The translations under genes were made by a program, and so were the position numbers. From Azolla caroliniana (lineage: Eukaryota; Plantae; Polypodiophyta), in assembly GCA_043228905.1 (NCBI GenBank), contig JBHGNT010000007.1:20088001-20152000 (forward strand): a DNA stretch of 64,000 nucleotides. Direction: 5' to 3'. This document shows, piece after piece, positions 1-14,400 of this stretch (positions are counted from its first letter, which is position 1; each line of letters starts with the position of its first letter). The notes below the pieces were generated by a model. The model saw only the letters and a program-made list of their open reading frames with translations, was not told the DNA's origin and made no database searches.

Positions 1-2670
1 AAATGGACTTTTTAATGAAGTGTTTGTTTGTTGCAACATGCAAGCATATGGATTTTGAGCAGCATTGATCTGTATGCATTGTATTAGTGAACACAACTGT
101 AAAATGCGAATTTCTTCACAAGGGCACTTATGAAACAATTTTGAAAAACAAATATTCCATGCATTTCCATCAATGGAAACAAACTAAGAATCTAGCAAAC
201 CTGGTCTTAGATACTTGCCCATCATTTTTGGAACAGTGAATGTGAACATGCCACCATGGTGTACTCTTGTAATCAAGAAAATGGAGGTAGTCTATTCCTA
301 AACCCGCTTTTAGGTATTGGAACTGCTCATCACTTCAATTGTGGTACGTAACCAACTGTTTTAAGGAATTTCTGTTTGACTCACTACCTCCTAGATTTTG
401 TGGTCCATATTATATCTATGAGCATGCTTTAGCAGAAAATGCCCAAGGCTGATGGATTATGGAATGTTTTCATAATTGCATACAAACATATATTGATTGC
501 ATTTATTCGCTTGGAAGGAGCTTGCACTATGAGAATCTAGTTTTAGCTCAAATTTTATGATAGCCCAAGCAAAGAAAAAGATGGCATCAAAGAGCAGACA
601 TACATTTATTTTTTACACAAGCTTACCATCCAGTGACATAATTAAAGTTTTACGAAATGTTCATAAATGTTTACCATCCATAGGCACAACAAAGAAACAA
701 CTTTTGTACCATCAAATGGCGGGTTTTACTTCCAATGTTCCTAATAATATCCCCTCTACAAGTGTCTACTCAGTTCCTAGAGTGAAATTTCTCTAGCTAG
801 TTATTCTTTAGGTTAGCATGCATCCTTGTATTATCTTTGTATTATTTTGGATCCATATATTGTGTACTTAAATTTTGGCCACGTGTCTATTTCTATGTAA
901 AGATATTTTCAAGATATGTTGTACATCATTAGGGTGTAATTAGTGAGTGTTTTGATAGACCACAACCTAAGTTCAAGAGTTCGCAAGTAATATGAGAATG
1001 GGTATGCTTTCCTATCAATTGTACTATCTTATTTGAGAATGAAAGATTGAGATGGCTCATGTAAATATCTCACTCTAGAGCTACATTGAATCTATATGTT
1101 TGCATGCAATACATATTTAGCATACATATTCCCCAATGCAATTCTAAGGTACTTACAATAATGGTTCTTTCTAATCCTTTTATGACTCCTATTCCTTCTT
1201 CCCTTAATAGTTGATATAAAATCTAGTGCATTCAAACTAGCATGAGAAATGTTTAATTTGGTTTTCCTAAACACGATGGTATATACTGGAGAGCCCTTGC
1301 AATTAGATATGTCCATAGTGAGGTTCAATTATGAAAGACTTAGTTTCTTCAATCTGATGCAACATGCTTTGCCAACATAGTACACATGAACTGAATTTTA
1401 TGTTTTTAGGATGACCTATCAAAAGAGAAGATGCGCAGAATTTAGAAAAATGAGGTCCATTGCAAGAGGATATCAAGCTTGATACAAGATCAGTGGATGT
1501 ATACTCCATGTAATGTGCTCTCAAGTAACGAAGATAAGTAATCGAGTAACTTCATATAAGAGGTAACATTACTTGGAGTCTTATGTACAGCAGTAAAATA
1601 TGTTAGCTTATATGCATGTCTCAAAGGTTTTGTCAGTACTTGGACCTCCCAAATGTTACACCATGCTGAGTCTGAATTTTAGGGCTGCAATTAGAAACAC
1701 GTTTTTAACACCACCAATAAGACCTATCACTTAATTTTGTTATCATGTGTTACATAATGATCAACAACTAGCAATATCCTTAGCTTGTAAACTATTCTAC
1801 CTTTACAAGTTGCCAAGTTGACTTAACTTCATCTTGAAGAATGGAACATCGTAATTAGTTTGTCTCCAGAACAGAAAAACATAAAAGAAATTCAACACTA
1901 GGAACCACTTACGAGTTCAAATTGGCTTCCATAATATGAAAAAGACCCACTTCAATGTCGATTCCACTATTGGTTTTATGCACAGATTTTCTTCAAATTA
2001 AATATCCAAGGGACAATATTCAAAATCAACATCTGACAATAGAGCGTAGAAAGGTACCATGTTGTATACACACATTCATACATACACATATATGTATATA
2101 CTAAACTTGGGCTATCAGAATACTTGGGGTTTACAAATACAATTGAGTGAAATAACGATGTCATATTTTATTAAACATGTCAGCATATCTTCTGGAAAGA
2201 CTGCTATTTCTGCCACTTGGTGGCTTGCTGCATGTTTTTAATAGTACTCGGGTACATTAATTCAGTCACTTGTCACGGCAATCCATATTATAACATGTTA
2301 TTTAGAACACCATGACACTGGCTTCAAGGTGAATTCGATACTATCCAAAAAAACTCTGAAATCTCTGTTCTCTTTTGATGAGATAGGAAAGATTCTCTAG
2401 TTCGAAAATTAGTTCATTGATGTAAGTCCATAACAGAAGTATGTAAGTAGACAATGTAAGTGCAAAATCTACCCTATCAAATAGAGCTTAGAAGTTCATT
2501 TCACTTCAACATAGTCATAAGAGTCATTATATATAATACACAATACACTCTTGTTTCAGTCTCCCTCCCATTAGAACATGACCCCATCAGCACAAGCTGT
2601 TGTATAAACCCTTGAGAAGCATCATAGCAAGAGAAAGAAAATTGATATAATCAACACATTTTCAGCATAC

Positions 2671-5600
2671 CTAAGCTCCACCTTCTCTTGACACTCCTCT
2701 AGTGTATGAAAGGCCCTTGGTACTCGAGGATCTGAATGTTCTCCATGGAGTAGGGTTTGGCTTGCCTTCAAGAGGTAGAGACGTCCTCTTTCTTGTTAAT
2801 GCTGGAGAAGTTGCTTTCTCTTCAGTGGCGTCAGGCCTTGTTTTTGGATTACTTTGTGATCGAACTTTTGCTTTAGCTGATTGTGTGGCTGCCATGTAGC
2901 TTGGTACTATAGGGGAACCATACAATGTATTCCCAAACATGCTTTTTAATGGTCCTGAAAAGCTTCGTCGGTTCAAACCTGGCCTTGATGTCACTCTTTC
3001 ATGGTTAGCTTTAGGTACCTTCAGCTCCTCTGGAGATGATCCTTTGACAAGCATATGTTTGCTGGTATTGCTATTCGATGTTATGGTCTCCGGGGTGATG
3101 TCTAGAGCATGCACTTGAGTACCATTTGCCCTTGAAGGGCTAGTCTTACTTTGTTTTATAGCTGGATATGTTCTCTTCGGAGTTGTAATTGGTGAGAAAA
3201 CAGCTTGGTTTTTATGCAAGCATGATGGTGGTGGCGGCTGCTGCTGAGGAAGGCTTTCAGCCTCTGCCACAGTTGTGCACAACTCAATTCGAGAATTGAA
3301 TACAGATGGGTTTTGCAGTTGTAGATTCATAGTTCTCTCTGTGTTTCGATATGGACTCATATCTCGATTTGGGGATTCTGGAAATGTTCTCCAATCATGT
3401 GGCGAAGTCACTCGGTTTTCAATCTCTGCTTCTGAGTAGCTTTCATCTCTATTTTTCTCTTCATCATCCAAATAAGCTGTTTCCCAAGGCCGAGCAGCCA
3501 TCCACCTCTCTAGCCAACTCCATCCCCAATGTGCTTCATCATGTTCTCCACCAATGATCAAAGAGTTCTTCTTTTGTGCTGATTTCCACAACTGAAAATG
3601 GCATGAAAAAGCCAATAGATGATAAGAGTTTGCAAGAATGTTACCGATATTGTATATATACAAGAGTTGGAAGTGTCAATAGAAATTACTAAATATTATT
3701 CAAATTGCTAACCAATTGCCGAATAAATATCACGAATTTTCTTTCAATTTTGCAATTTTGTTTTAGTTTTGACCTTTTTAAAATATCAGAGAGAGATGTG
3801 TCATTTCCTGGACATGGTTCAAGAGAGTCATGACCAATGTAAGGATGAGAACTAGGAAAGTTCGTTAATAGTTGTTTTGGGTATGGACAACTCAACTTTT
3901 TTTTTATTTATGTTTCCGATTCAACAGAATTTAATGTCTTTTAGGCCTCCATACCCACTTTTACATATTTTTCCTAAATTTTATCATGTGCCCTAATCTC
4001 CTTTTTCTGAATATGTTCATAAAAAAATAAAGAAACTTTTTTACTTTTGCTCCAACAAATCAGAAATTATTTAAACTCGGGGTTAACTATATATTCAATT
4101 AGAATAGATTTCATATAAAACTTTATGCAACGGATATTGTGAATCTCAGCTGCATCCTTTTCTGTACACATAAGAACCTTAGATCTTTCATAGAAACTCA
4201 CACACAAATTCAACGACAATCAAGTTGTGACCACAACTTTGTTCAATTTATACGTACATAAATACTACTTATACTCACAATTTAAATGAGAATCAAATTC
4301 TGTGCAGAACTCTGGTCAATTTATACATAAATAAATACAGTACCACAAGGACATAATGAAATGCTTTAGTATTGTGAAACCTCACTTGACGGGAAAATGC
4401 ATATGAAAGTGCACGCTCTCGCTTTGCAGCAGCCTCTTGACGGTTTTGAATTTTAGCTTCAAGCTCTTGGAGTGTACCAGTGCTCGAGTTCCAACGTTCC
4501 TGAAGGCACAAGAGAGAACAGTTAGTTTGGCTCTTCTGTAAAAAATTCAAAGAACAAGCTCAAGTCAATAATTTCAATGAAATAAATAAGTTATCACTAT
4601 CAAGCTGTAATCTCTTATTTGGTCTCAATGGCCATTTGGCCCTTTAGACACATTAATGTATCTTTATTTCTTCCTAACCAGAGATTTCCTCGGTCGAGGT
4701 TCCAGTTGCCGCCTTTGTTCAAGTTTTTCTTGCACAGCTTGACCTTCCTCAGACATGCGGACACGTCTAGCACGTACTCGGGCCTGTACACGGACAAGTG
4801 CTTGGACGCAACGCAACGTTGTACCGGCTTGTCTTCTTACTATGTGTCCTCTCACTAAAGCTTGCAACCTCACAAGACCTCTGAGAGCACGCCGTGCCCG
4901 CCTTGCCTATACCACAAAGTTGCAATTAAAACATCAGTCAATAATGTTACTCAAGCCTTGTACCACTAACACTTGACATATTCAATGAATGGACCCATGT
5001 CTCACTACAGTTCCATAGGTTTATGCTATATTAAAACATCTCCTAATTTTACAGTATGTCAGACTAGAATTTAAAACATTCTCTGTTTTTTTTCATAATG
5101 CTATTAAGATCTTAGCGGGATGTTGCTCTCTTCTACGTTCTCAAAAGTATCCAAAGACTGCTATACAAGCACAATCCTATAGTTATAAGAAAGTACCAAA
5201 TATCCTCGGAAAGCTGTCTGAATCACTATTGCTGCTTGTGTCTGGCGACTGGTGTCTACTTCAGTGTTTGCTACCACAGAATGCGATACATCTACTGTTG
5301 TATTTTCCTCATTGTTAAATTCTCTCCCCACTGATGGCTTTTGTTCTTCCGGTGTGATATCAGAATGGTGTAGAGTGTAACGGTTGGGTGAAGTCACTCC
5401 TGCTTCTTCTGACCCTTTGTTATGTGTTGATAATTTTCCAAAGCTCCATCTTCGTTTCATTTTGGGTGGTTTCTACAACGCAATCACAAAACCAGACCTC
5501 TCAAAACCAACAAGAGTGTAGAGCTTCCATTTCCAGAAGAAAACTTCATGCATTATGAACATCCAAAACCAAACTGCTTAGCAATCCAAATAAAGACAAA

Positions 5601-6070
5601 GAAAATGTGATCATAAGCACTGTTGTTGAGCAAACAAATGCATAACCATCCTGTAAAGAATCAACTAGGTTACCAATAGCTTTGGTTTGAAGTCAGATAT
5701 TACATAAATCTGGAGTTAAATAATGTATACATAGGTCTAGTTATTTCATTATACACCTCTTCTTGATTACTCTTCACATTTTCATTTTTTCTTTCCCATG
5801 GTATGAGAGATGAGTAGCCTGCGCTCAGGGGCAAGCAGTTGGATGGATGGTGAAACATATCACTCGCTTTGCCTTCTCTAATTTCTCTCTAATTGCCTCA
5901 TAATTTGCGATTTAAGGCTTCAATCCTAATAAACATAAGGGTGAGTCCACTTATATGAGACAAAAAATACATACCACAGGAGGAGCTGGTATTTCTTCAA
6001 CTGCATGTTTTGGTGTTGTTCTCTGGTTGAGAAACAAGGATTTAAGCCATTTTCCAGGAGACTTTCCCAT
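2671..6070 (-). CDS. IQD: IQ67-domain (IQD) calmodulin/microtubule-binding protein, ~544 aa; exons 6070-5975, 5472-5197, 4906-4679, 4499-4386, 3591-2671
   Basis: Starts [13 protein letters not shown]; KRRWSF motif; IQ67 domain [13 protein letters not shown]|[20 protein letters not shown] split by the family's phase-0 intron; [11 protein letters not shown]; [16 protein letters not shown]; DUF4005-type [13 protein letters not shown]. All introns GT-AG, phase 0, and the frame stays open across junctions. Confidence 0.95.
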
Positions 6071-7534
6071 CTTAATTTATGATCTGTTGATATTGCACTG
6101 TAAACATGGAAGAGTTTGCATAATTAGGTGAAAAAGACCACATAAAAGATTGAAATTCTTCCCTTTAACATAACCCAAAAGCTCTGAAATTAGAGGATAT
6201 GCAATCAAAGCATTTCAGATCTTAGTCTATAGACATAGTTAGATAAGATGTATGCATATTATTTTCTTAACTGACAGCAAAAGCTATGAAATCAGGTTAA
6301 ATGAAGGCCAAAACTACATGGAGTACATGTCTAACCACAGTTTACAGAAATATAAAGTTTAAATCATCAATATTGGTAAAACCAAATTGTCAACAATGGG
6401 AAAAACTGTTTAAGAAAATAGAGCACTTTCATGGAAAATATAGCAAAGTACAAAACTAGGTCTCAAATACAAACAAAATATTCATGGATGATAGATCTTA
6501 GTGCACTGACATATTATTTTCAAATCACCAACAAATCAACATAGAGAAAAACAGTTTAGAAAATGAAGCACTTACGTGGTCAGCTAGTCTCATCAACATG
6601 GATATGATGCCAGGCAAATCAGCTCAAACATGGGAGTGTTTACATGATGCATCAGAGTGGTATGCAAAAGATCATGTATGTTCTTATCTTAAGAGAAAGC
6701 AAAAGCTATAAAATTTGTTCAAATTAAAACATTTCAAATTGCAGGGCATAAAGAACCGACAACTTAGGATAAGGACGCAAAGTTTTCCCTTAACAGATGG
6801 CAAACGATGTGAAATTATGCACATTCTTTCCTAAAAAGAAGGCAAAAGCTGCGGAATTATAACAATTCTTAACTTAAGAGAAAGTAGAGGTTATGAGATT
6901 AGTTCAAATAGAAACAACAGCTACATGTATAAAGTTGAGATATCAAGTTCCATAGATATCTCACAGTAAAATCCTCAACTGATGCGCATAATACGAATTC
7001 TTTCCTTAACATAAAAGGAAGCTATAAATTTTTGCACATTCTTCACTTAGCAAAGGGCAAAAGCTATGACATTGTGCAAAACCTTCTATTCAAGAATTGA
7101 AACACTTCAAATGGCACGGATTTATGTGAATTCTTCACTTAAAAGAGGGCAAAAACTATTGAATTTATGCAAAAAATTTGCATGGAATAAGGCAAAATCT
7201 ATGAAATAAGAAAAACATTCAATCAAGAGGTCCATGTATACATGTCAGATCTCAGTCTATATTGAACATGTAATGAGCTAATATCATCAACAGAAGGAAA
7301 AGTAGCTAATCATCAATAAAAGGAACAAAAATGAAAATTTATCGGAAGGGAAAAACTGAAATTATAAGCAGACGGGAAACAAAGACTAAAAATCATCAAC
7401 ATGAGAAAACCCAAATCATTAACAAACAGAAAAGAGAAAAATAATCATCAAAATAAATAGAATCTCAAAATACCAACAACGATAGAAGCTACTCATAACA
7501 AAACGAGAAGAAAGTTAGAAAGTGGAGAACTTAC

Positions 7535-7950
7535 ACGTAATATAACAAGGTACATTGCTTTTCAGGTTTGGATGGAAGCCTAAAGTTGAAGCTTTTGATG
7601 CAAAAACAAGATCTGAAGCTCCATCAAGTCTTCATTCACTCGGCGTATTTCATTCCACCTATATAAACCTCCTGAAACAAAGACACAAAAATGAGATCTC
7701 CGAAGAAGATTAAGAAGAGAAGGGAAGGGAAGGAGGAGGAGAAAGGCGAAAAAGAGTGTAACAAGAAATGTGAGGAGGAGGAGGAGAAGAAACATGAGGT
7801 TCTGCAAAGAAGGTTTTATTACCAGAGGGAGAGGGAGATAGAAATGATATGATATGATATGTAAGGAGGGAGGGAGGAAGCTATGGCAGAGAAAGCCTAG
7901 AGCCTTTTCCAACACTGTGCAGAAGATGAGGAGGAAGAAGAAGAAGAAGA
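7535..7950 (-). other. Probable non-coding first exon (5' UTR) of the IQD gene
   Basis: CT-rich leader on the minus strand, GTAAGT donor at 7534-7529, and a TTTACAG acceptor at ~6098 just upstream of the ATG. Confidence 0.5.
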
Positions 7951-8232
7951 GACAGTATTAACTCTTAATTCTTATTTTATTTATTTATTTATTTATTTAT
8001 TTATTTTATTCATCTATTTTATTTTATTTATGTGTGGAGGATCTGAGAGAGCCCCAATGGCCAAATGTGAGTGGGAACAGTCACTCGACTCGGCTCGTGG
8101 TCTTTCCGAGACCCTCGGCCATCCATTTGTTGATGGCCTCAGGTGAGCTCTCTCGGAGGAGACAGATGGGCGCACGGGAGGAGCTACCGTAGAGCCTACC
8201 CAAATGATCGGCTTACTATTTTTAAGCCTTCG

Positions 8233-8468
8233 CCATGTTCTCTCCGACAGGGAGGGTCTGTTAGATTTCATGGTCTTGAACCCATGTTCTCTCTAACAAG
8301 GAGGATTTGTATGGTTTCATGGTCTTGAACCCATGTTCTCTCCGACAAGGAGGATCTGTTAGGTTTCATGGTCTTGAACCCATGTTCTCTTCAACGAGGA
8401 GCATCTGTTAGCCTTCATGGTCTTGAACCCATGTTCTCTCCGACAAGGAGGATCTGTTAGGTTTCATG
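8233..8468. repeat. 49-bp tandem repeat, ~4.8 copies
   Basis: Unit CCATGTTCTCTCCGACAAGGAGGATCTGTTAGGTTTCATGGTCTTGAAC starting at 8233, 8282, 8331, 8380 and 8429. Confidence 0.9.
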
Positions 8469-11400
8469 CCATCTCTGGTGGCCCCTCGGTTTTAGTTATT
8501 ATCCTTAACTCTGTAGCCTCACTAGACATTATTTGGGGCTTGATTGACTTCTCTTGTAAGAGAATATGCATGTCGCAATGTCTCTCTTGGCCGCTCTTGC
8601 TCCTTTCGTCATATGGGGGCCTTGAGTTGTTTAGACGTTCCCTTCAAGGCCAGGACCATGAGTGTTGTGAAAGCTCTAGTCCCTCGAGTGGCCTGGGCAA
8701 TTACGGATCAAACCAATGATAAGAAAAAAAATAAGAGATTATGAATCAATATGGATTAAAGGTGTTTAACCACACATGTTAGAGTCGGACTAATAATTAA
8801 GCATAATATAAGGAAAGCGAGACCAATATTGAAAGCAAAGAGGGTGTTAGACCACCCCCTAGCGACGGCATGAGATGAACCCAAATCTCCTCGACCTCCC
8901 ATACCACTGAGTATTGATGTGGAGAGTACCTTTAGTTCCATGAGAATACACATGCTTTTGTTAACGAGAGCCATAACAATACTGACATGGTCCCAACATA
9001 GATCAAGCCCCCATAAGAAGCTGATAGCCTTCTTATATAGGCAACAACCCTAGGCCCTATTGTGTTCACACACTTCAATACTTCATGTGAAGTGGTCAAG
9101 TGATAGCACACATAACAATTTACCTTACATCGTATAATTGTAATATTCAATTCATACCCTCATTCATTTCAAAAGTATCCTGCATGTATTCATCATAAGA
9201 TTAGGGAAATTTATGAAAACCTATCTCATGATCAGTTATGGTTATGTTCATAACAACACCGACCACTCCCAAGTAAAGGACATGAGATAAACATAGAATA
9301 TAATTGGTGTCCCATATAACCACCAAACATCGCCTTATGTTACACCTTGGTTGTTGAATAGCGAATCTAAAGAAGAGAATTTAGCCTCACCAATAAAGTC
9401 TTGACAACGTCTCAAGATGTTGTAATGAAGGGGGTAGCTAGTTCCTTGTATAATAGCTCAACACCTAAGGCTCCTAGACCACCACATGCCCCCACGTGTC
9501 ATAGGTTATTGTGGGTTTGTCTAAATTCCTATCATTACCACTTCCTTGACTATCATATCCTTAACCCATTAAAATTAGCTAATAGAATTGGTCCATAAGG
9601 TTATGCCTCTAACATAGGCTTGGTCTTGTTCTATTGAAGAGAGCACGCAAATGATCTCTCTCTCTCTCTCTCGGGTCCTTCAGGAGGACTATGATTAGAT
9701 ACATCATGGGACAATTTGATTTTCTAATTTGCTTTTGTATAATTGAATGTTCATTTGAGATAAAGCCAAACATCATGTTCTCATGGGGGCATGTTAATGA
9801 AGAATCCCTTTGTGAGAATCCATGGTTTTGGTATGTGAACTATGTGCATCGGCAAGGTAAGGTGCACAACATCTTACAATCTAGTCATTAGTACTCTTCA
9901 TCTTCACGAAGGATTCAATTTCACCCAACAACTCGGGCCCTTTCAAATCATATATGCAATAGCCTAAAGGTCAAATGTGAATCTAATACAACTAGAAACA
10001 ATGAAAAGGTGTACGACAATGCAAAAAGGCAAGTTATGAATGGGCAAGTAGGCATGAACTTTCTCGCTTGGCCTTTGACCACTTACCTCTCATCGTTCTC
10101 CTAAGGACTCACACATTCAATTTAGAGAATTTCCTCCACCTATGAGGGCTCTAAACCTCCATTCAAACAAGCTTGGTGACATAGAGCTCAAGTATTTTGT
10201 CTTAACATCACGATATCTACGAATGAGCATCTGTGAACTCCTTGGTTATAACTTGTGTCCTTGCAAATAGCTAGCTACCTACACTTGGGTTACTTTTGTC
10301 AAATGTGTCTTAGAATTACCGGAGATCAATCAACTTTTGAAACATGATTTGCTAAATGGATTGATATTAATGCATATAGCACATATCGAGGTACATATGA
10401 ATCGATTTGCCCCAACAGAGCTCATGGTTGTACTCCCCTTGAAAAAAAGACAATATTTCACGTTAAAGAATGAGATTGTTAGCGTAAAACTCATGTGTTT
10501 GTTTGATCCAATTATCTTCAAGGGGGCAAATGATTTCATGTCTTTGGTCCCTCTAGATTGCCTACATGTAGTTCCATTTGGGGCAAACCGATGTTATTTC
10601 CTTTGGTATATGTTATGTGCAACGTACATGGATTAACCCGATAGAGCCTATAATTATTAGATCTCAATTGTTTATTCATGCTTGCATTGACTCTGAACAA
10701 GGTTCCTCACTAGGTTGGTGGTCTAAGACTCAACAAGTATCCATAGACAAATGTGGACTCTTTCATCCCTTGTGTCGATGGTTAGTTGGACAAATTTCAA
10801 CAAAAAAAAGGTGTAACTATTTTTTATTTGGTATATGTTATAGCATAATACCCGAGATCAATGTACACATGTAGCTTATCAAAGTGTTTCTGAGCATAAA
10901 TATCAAGTGTTTGTGCTTGCATTGATGCACACAAACATGTAAAATATGTCTTGACTACTGAATTTCCAACTATTGTGTTGGTAAAGTCAAGGGTTCAACT
11001 TTGATTTGGTAGGTTTGTTTTTCCCTTGTATGAAAGGGCTTAATCGACACATATTCCTTATGTTTGTTCATGCAACACTATTGGAGGGGTCAAAGTACCT
11101 TCTCTGAGGTGGAAACTTCCATGTCTTTATTGGCATTTTCAACCCACATAAAAAACTTGTAAGTTGGTGCCATCCAACTTCATTTGAAAAATTCAAGGAA
11201 CTAGATTTCAAAATATAAACATAAGTAGTCACAAAGTACGCATCCCATCTCTTCTACTACTTTGTGGTTTCTCCAATACTCCCCACATCGACATAGGGAG
11301 GGCTTGGAAGACATCGGTAAGAAGAGGTCTCAAATTTTGCACACAAGTGTCTTAAGTATGGGGTAATTTCAATCCATTTTCATCTCACTTTCCATTATGA

Positions 11401-14400
11401 GGTTACAACCAATCACTTATTCACTTTTTGTCCATCTACAACATCATTAAACAAAGGTATCGATTAGATAAGACTCAAGGCATGTCAATATAGCCATGTA
11501 CCTTGAATAACTTGAGAAACAGCAAATGTAAAGAAATTGAATTGTCATGAAAAGCCTAGATATACAAATAACTATGGATATAATAGTATATATATGAGCC
11601 ATGAGGATATGGATAAGACATCCCTTGCCTTGATAATGTTGGTGATATTTATTCAGGAAGTCATTGTAAAATCTCGGATACAAATATTCCATTCCAAGGA
11701 GGATGAAATAAGAAAAGACAACCATACAATGCATGCTGAAAATAAGGAGATGAGTGGTTTGCGGCATAAATGTCAAGACGTGGATTTGGCATCCAACATC
11801 AAAGTATATTTCGGAAAAAGCTAAGACACCAACGCAATGAAAAGTGGGAGTGGTTGGTGCTACAAAATATGTTATGATATTCTATTATTTAATCTATTAT
11901 AGGGAATTTGGGAGATAACAAGATTTTGGGGTCAAAATCCACCCACCATGAATAACAAAGCTTTTGTTTTGGATAAGAGGATGTCCGAATACTAGTCCCT
12001 ATATTTTATTACAAATCTCTACCATTGGATTGAGGTGGTTAAAGAGTATAAGTGTAACTTCATGTAAATTTAAATAGAACAAAGTTATCAAGATGCACTG
12101 AAAGGGAGAAACATGAAGATTGGATGTACCATTGATATCATTGCATGCATATATCACGCTCTAGTTGTGTTTGGTATTTGACGCAATTCGTGAGGGACAA
12201 TATATAGCTCTTTTGTCTATCGCGTTGATTCCATGAGGCACAACCATAGCATTGTTGACTCTCGAGTAGATTCTACAATGGAGATCAATGTAAACATTTC
12301 TATCTCTTGAGCATATCTCATGGGTATTGGTAGGGTTTTAAATTTCTCAATAGTTGACTCTAGAGTATTATTTGCCATCTACGCTTTTTACCTTTTTTGA
12401 AGGCATCATGTGCAGTATTAATGGGTTTCACGCCTACACTTATTTGTATTTAACAAAGTTCGAAACATGTGTATAACGGTGTAGGCATTGAAATTTGGTG
12501 GTTGGAAAACAACACAAATTAGAACAATTTATTCATGACGTGGATTTTGCTATTGAACACATTATGATTGTTTAGCAAGCAACGCTTGGTATGCAAAAAC
12601 CTTGGACTGCCTATTCTCAATGGCATCTCGCACACATGTTCTTAAAAAGAAACGGGGACAACTTGTCTGGAATGCATTAGTCTAACAATAATCAAATTAT
12701 GCATGATATGATTTAAAACATATCGAAAAAGTAAATAGAAATGCTCATATACTTTGATGGCCAGTTAACCTAAGTTATTTGTCAAGCATGGGCTCCTCAA
12801 ACAATACAAAAGTAGGTCTTGTTTGACATGTTCATGCAATTCAAACATGTTGTAAATTCAGATTTAGAGTTTGCTTAGGTATTTTAATATGAGGTTTAAG
12901 AGCTAAACCTTTTTTTTTATCAAAGAAAGGTTGCCAAGTTGGAAAACCCAAATAATTGGAATGCATGCATGACACGTCCCTCAATTATACACATGGTGTT
13001 ATAAGTAGAAAATCAACTAATCGTTCACAATTCATACGTTTAATGGAATATTTGTCCATCATAACCAAAACCTTTAATCGTAATGATGGGGTAATATCAA
13101 CTTTACCCCTTGTAGTTCGGGAAAATCACTATGTACGCCTAACCAAAGGAAAGCGTACGGGTTCAATAATTCACTTTTTCCGTCTGTTAAAATGTATATT
13201 TGAGTTATTCAATAGCATAATTTCTTACCTTTTACTAAAAGAAAGTAAAGAGTTGTAAAACAATGTTTAACATTCATTTTGAAGCATGCTTAATTAGATA
13301 TGGCGTGTGTGTGAAAACATTAACATGGGGGATCCATCCTTACACAACTGACCCTCCCAAGCTACGCAAACTTCCATGGAATCAATGTTGGTTCATTCCA
13401 AGTGAAAAGGAATCTAGTTTTCATTGTTCAAGAGGGAGTTGGCTTGTCACGTAGTTTCATTAGAAGTTATCACGAACTAATAACTAATAACTTAGCTAAA
13501 TTTGAAGTGGCATTAATTACATTGTTATAACTAATAATTAAGTTGCTAATGACTTAAGTTAAATTCTATTTGAACTAGACATAATAATTAGGGCACTAAT
13601 CACTTTGTTTATGGACATTATTAGTTTGATATGAAGTCAATGTAGCAATAAGGGGGCTAGTTATTCAACTTTTTATGTAGTACCATGACTTTATTGAGTT
13701 TGAGACCTCCATGAAACTCTTTAAAACTATGTATTGTTGGTGTGGGCATGTAGATGAGCATGCATGATATTATGTTTGCAACACCCACACAAACACCAAA
13801 ATGCTTGATCGGGGCTTCAATATTCATAATGTAGCATACAATGATCGAGAGCAATATCTGAAATTAGTACTTAGGCAATCACAATTACAACCTTGCAGTT
13901 TGAGATGAAGATTGAACTTAAGGTGGGGTTGTGCACAATGTTCCTAACATATCGCAAGTTACGCACAAGAAGTTCTACAAAGATTTTGAATTTCATCAAC
14001 ATCCCATAATGTATAACTCCGTTGGACAAGATGCAAAGTCCAAATCTGGTCTTACTGAAAACAAAATTGAAGGAAACATATCCCAAAATGATCTCTAGCC
14101 CTACCCTTTTGGGTTAAAGATAACATCTGTCATCAATCATTATTTAAACCCGTACTTCTTTCTTTTTCTTATTGGGAGCCTTTTTTGAACCAGAATGTGA
14201 AGTTGATATTACCCAATATATGAGGGCCATATTTATTTTACATCTACAAAAACAATCATACCTTGTGCATTGCGCTGACAAGACAAACGTCTTATTAGAT
14301 CGTTATGCATCATTTACTTTTAGCTATTGCTAGCATACCTCAAATGCTAAATTGAGACATATTGCTGAAACATTTTCAAAACAACACACACACACACACT

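Noticed and set aside
1403-1482. Possible plus-strand terminal exon (TTTTAG|G ATG ACC ... GYQA*)
   Set aside because: Short, no recognisable homology, and no supporting upstream exons identified.
8233-8468. CRISPR-like appearance of regularly spaced repeats
   Set aside because: The units are contiguous tandem copies without unique spacers, the context is eukaryotic, and there are no cas genes.
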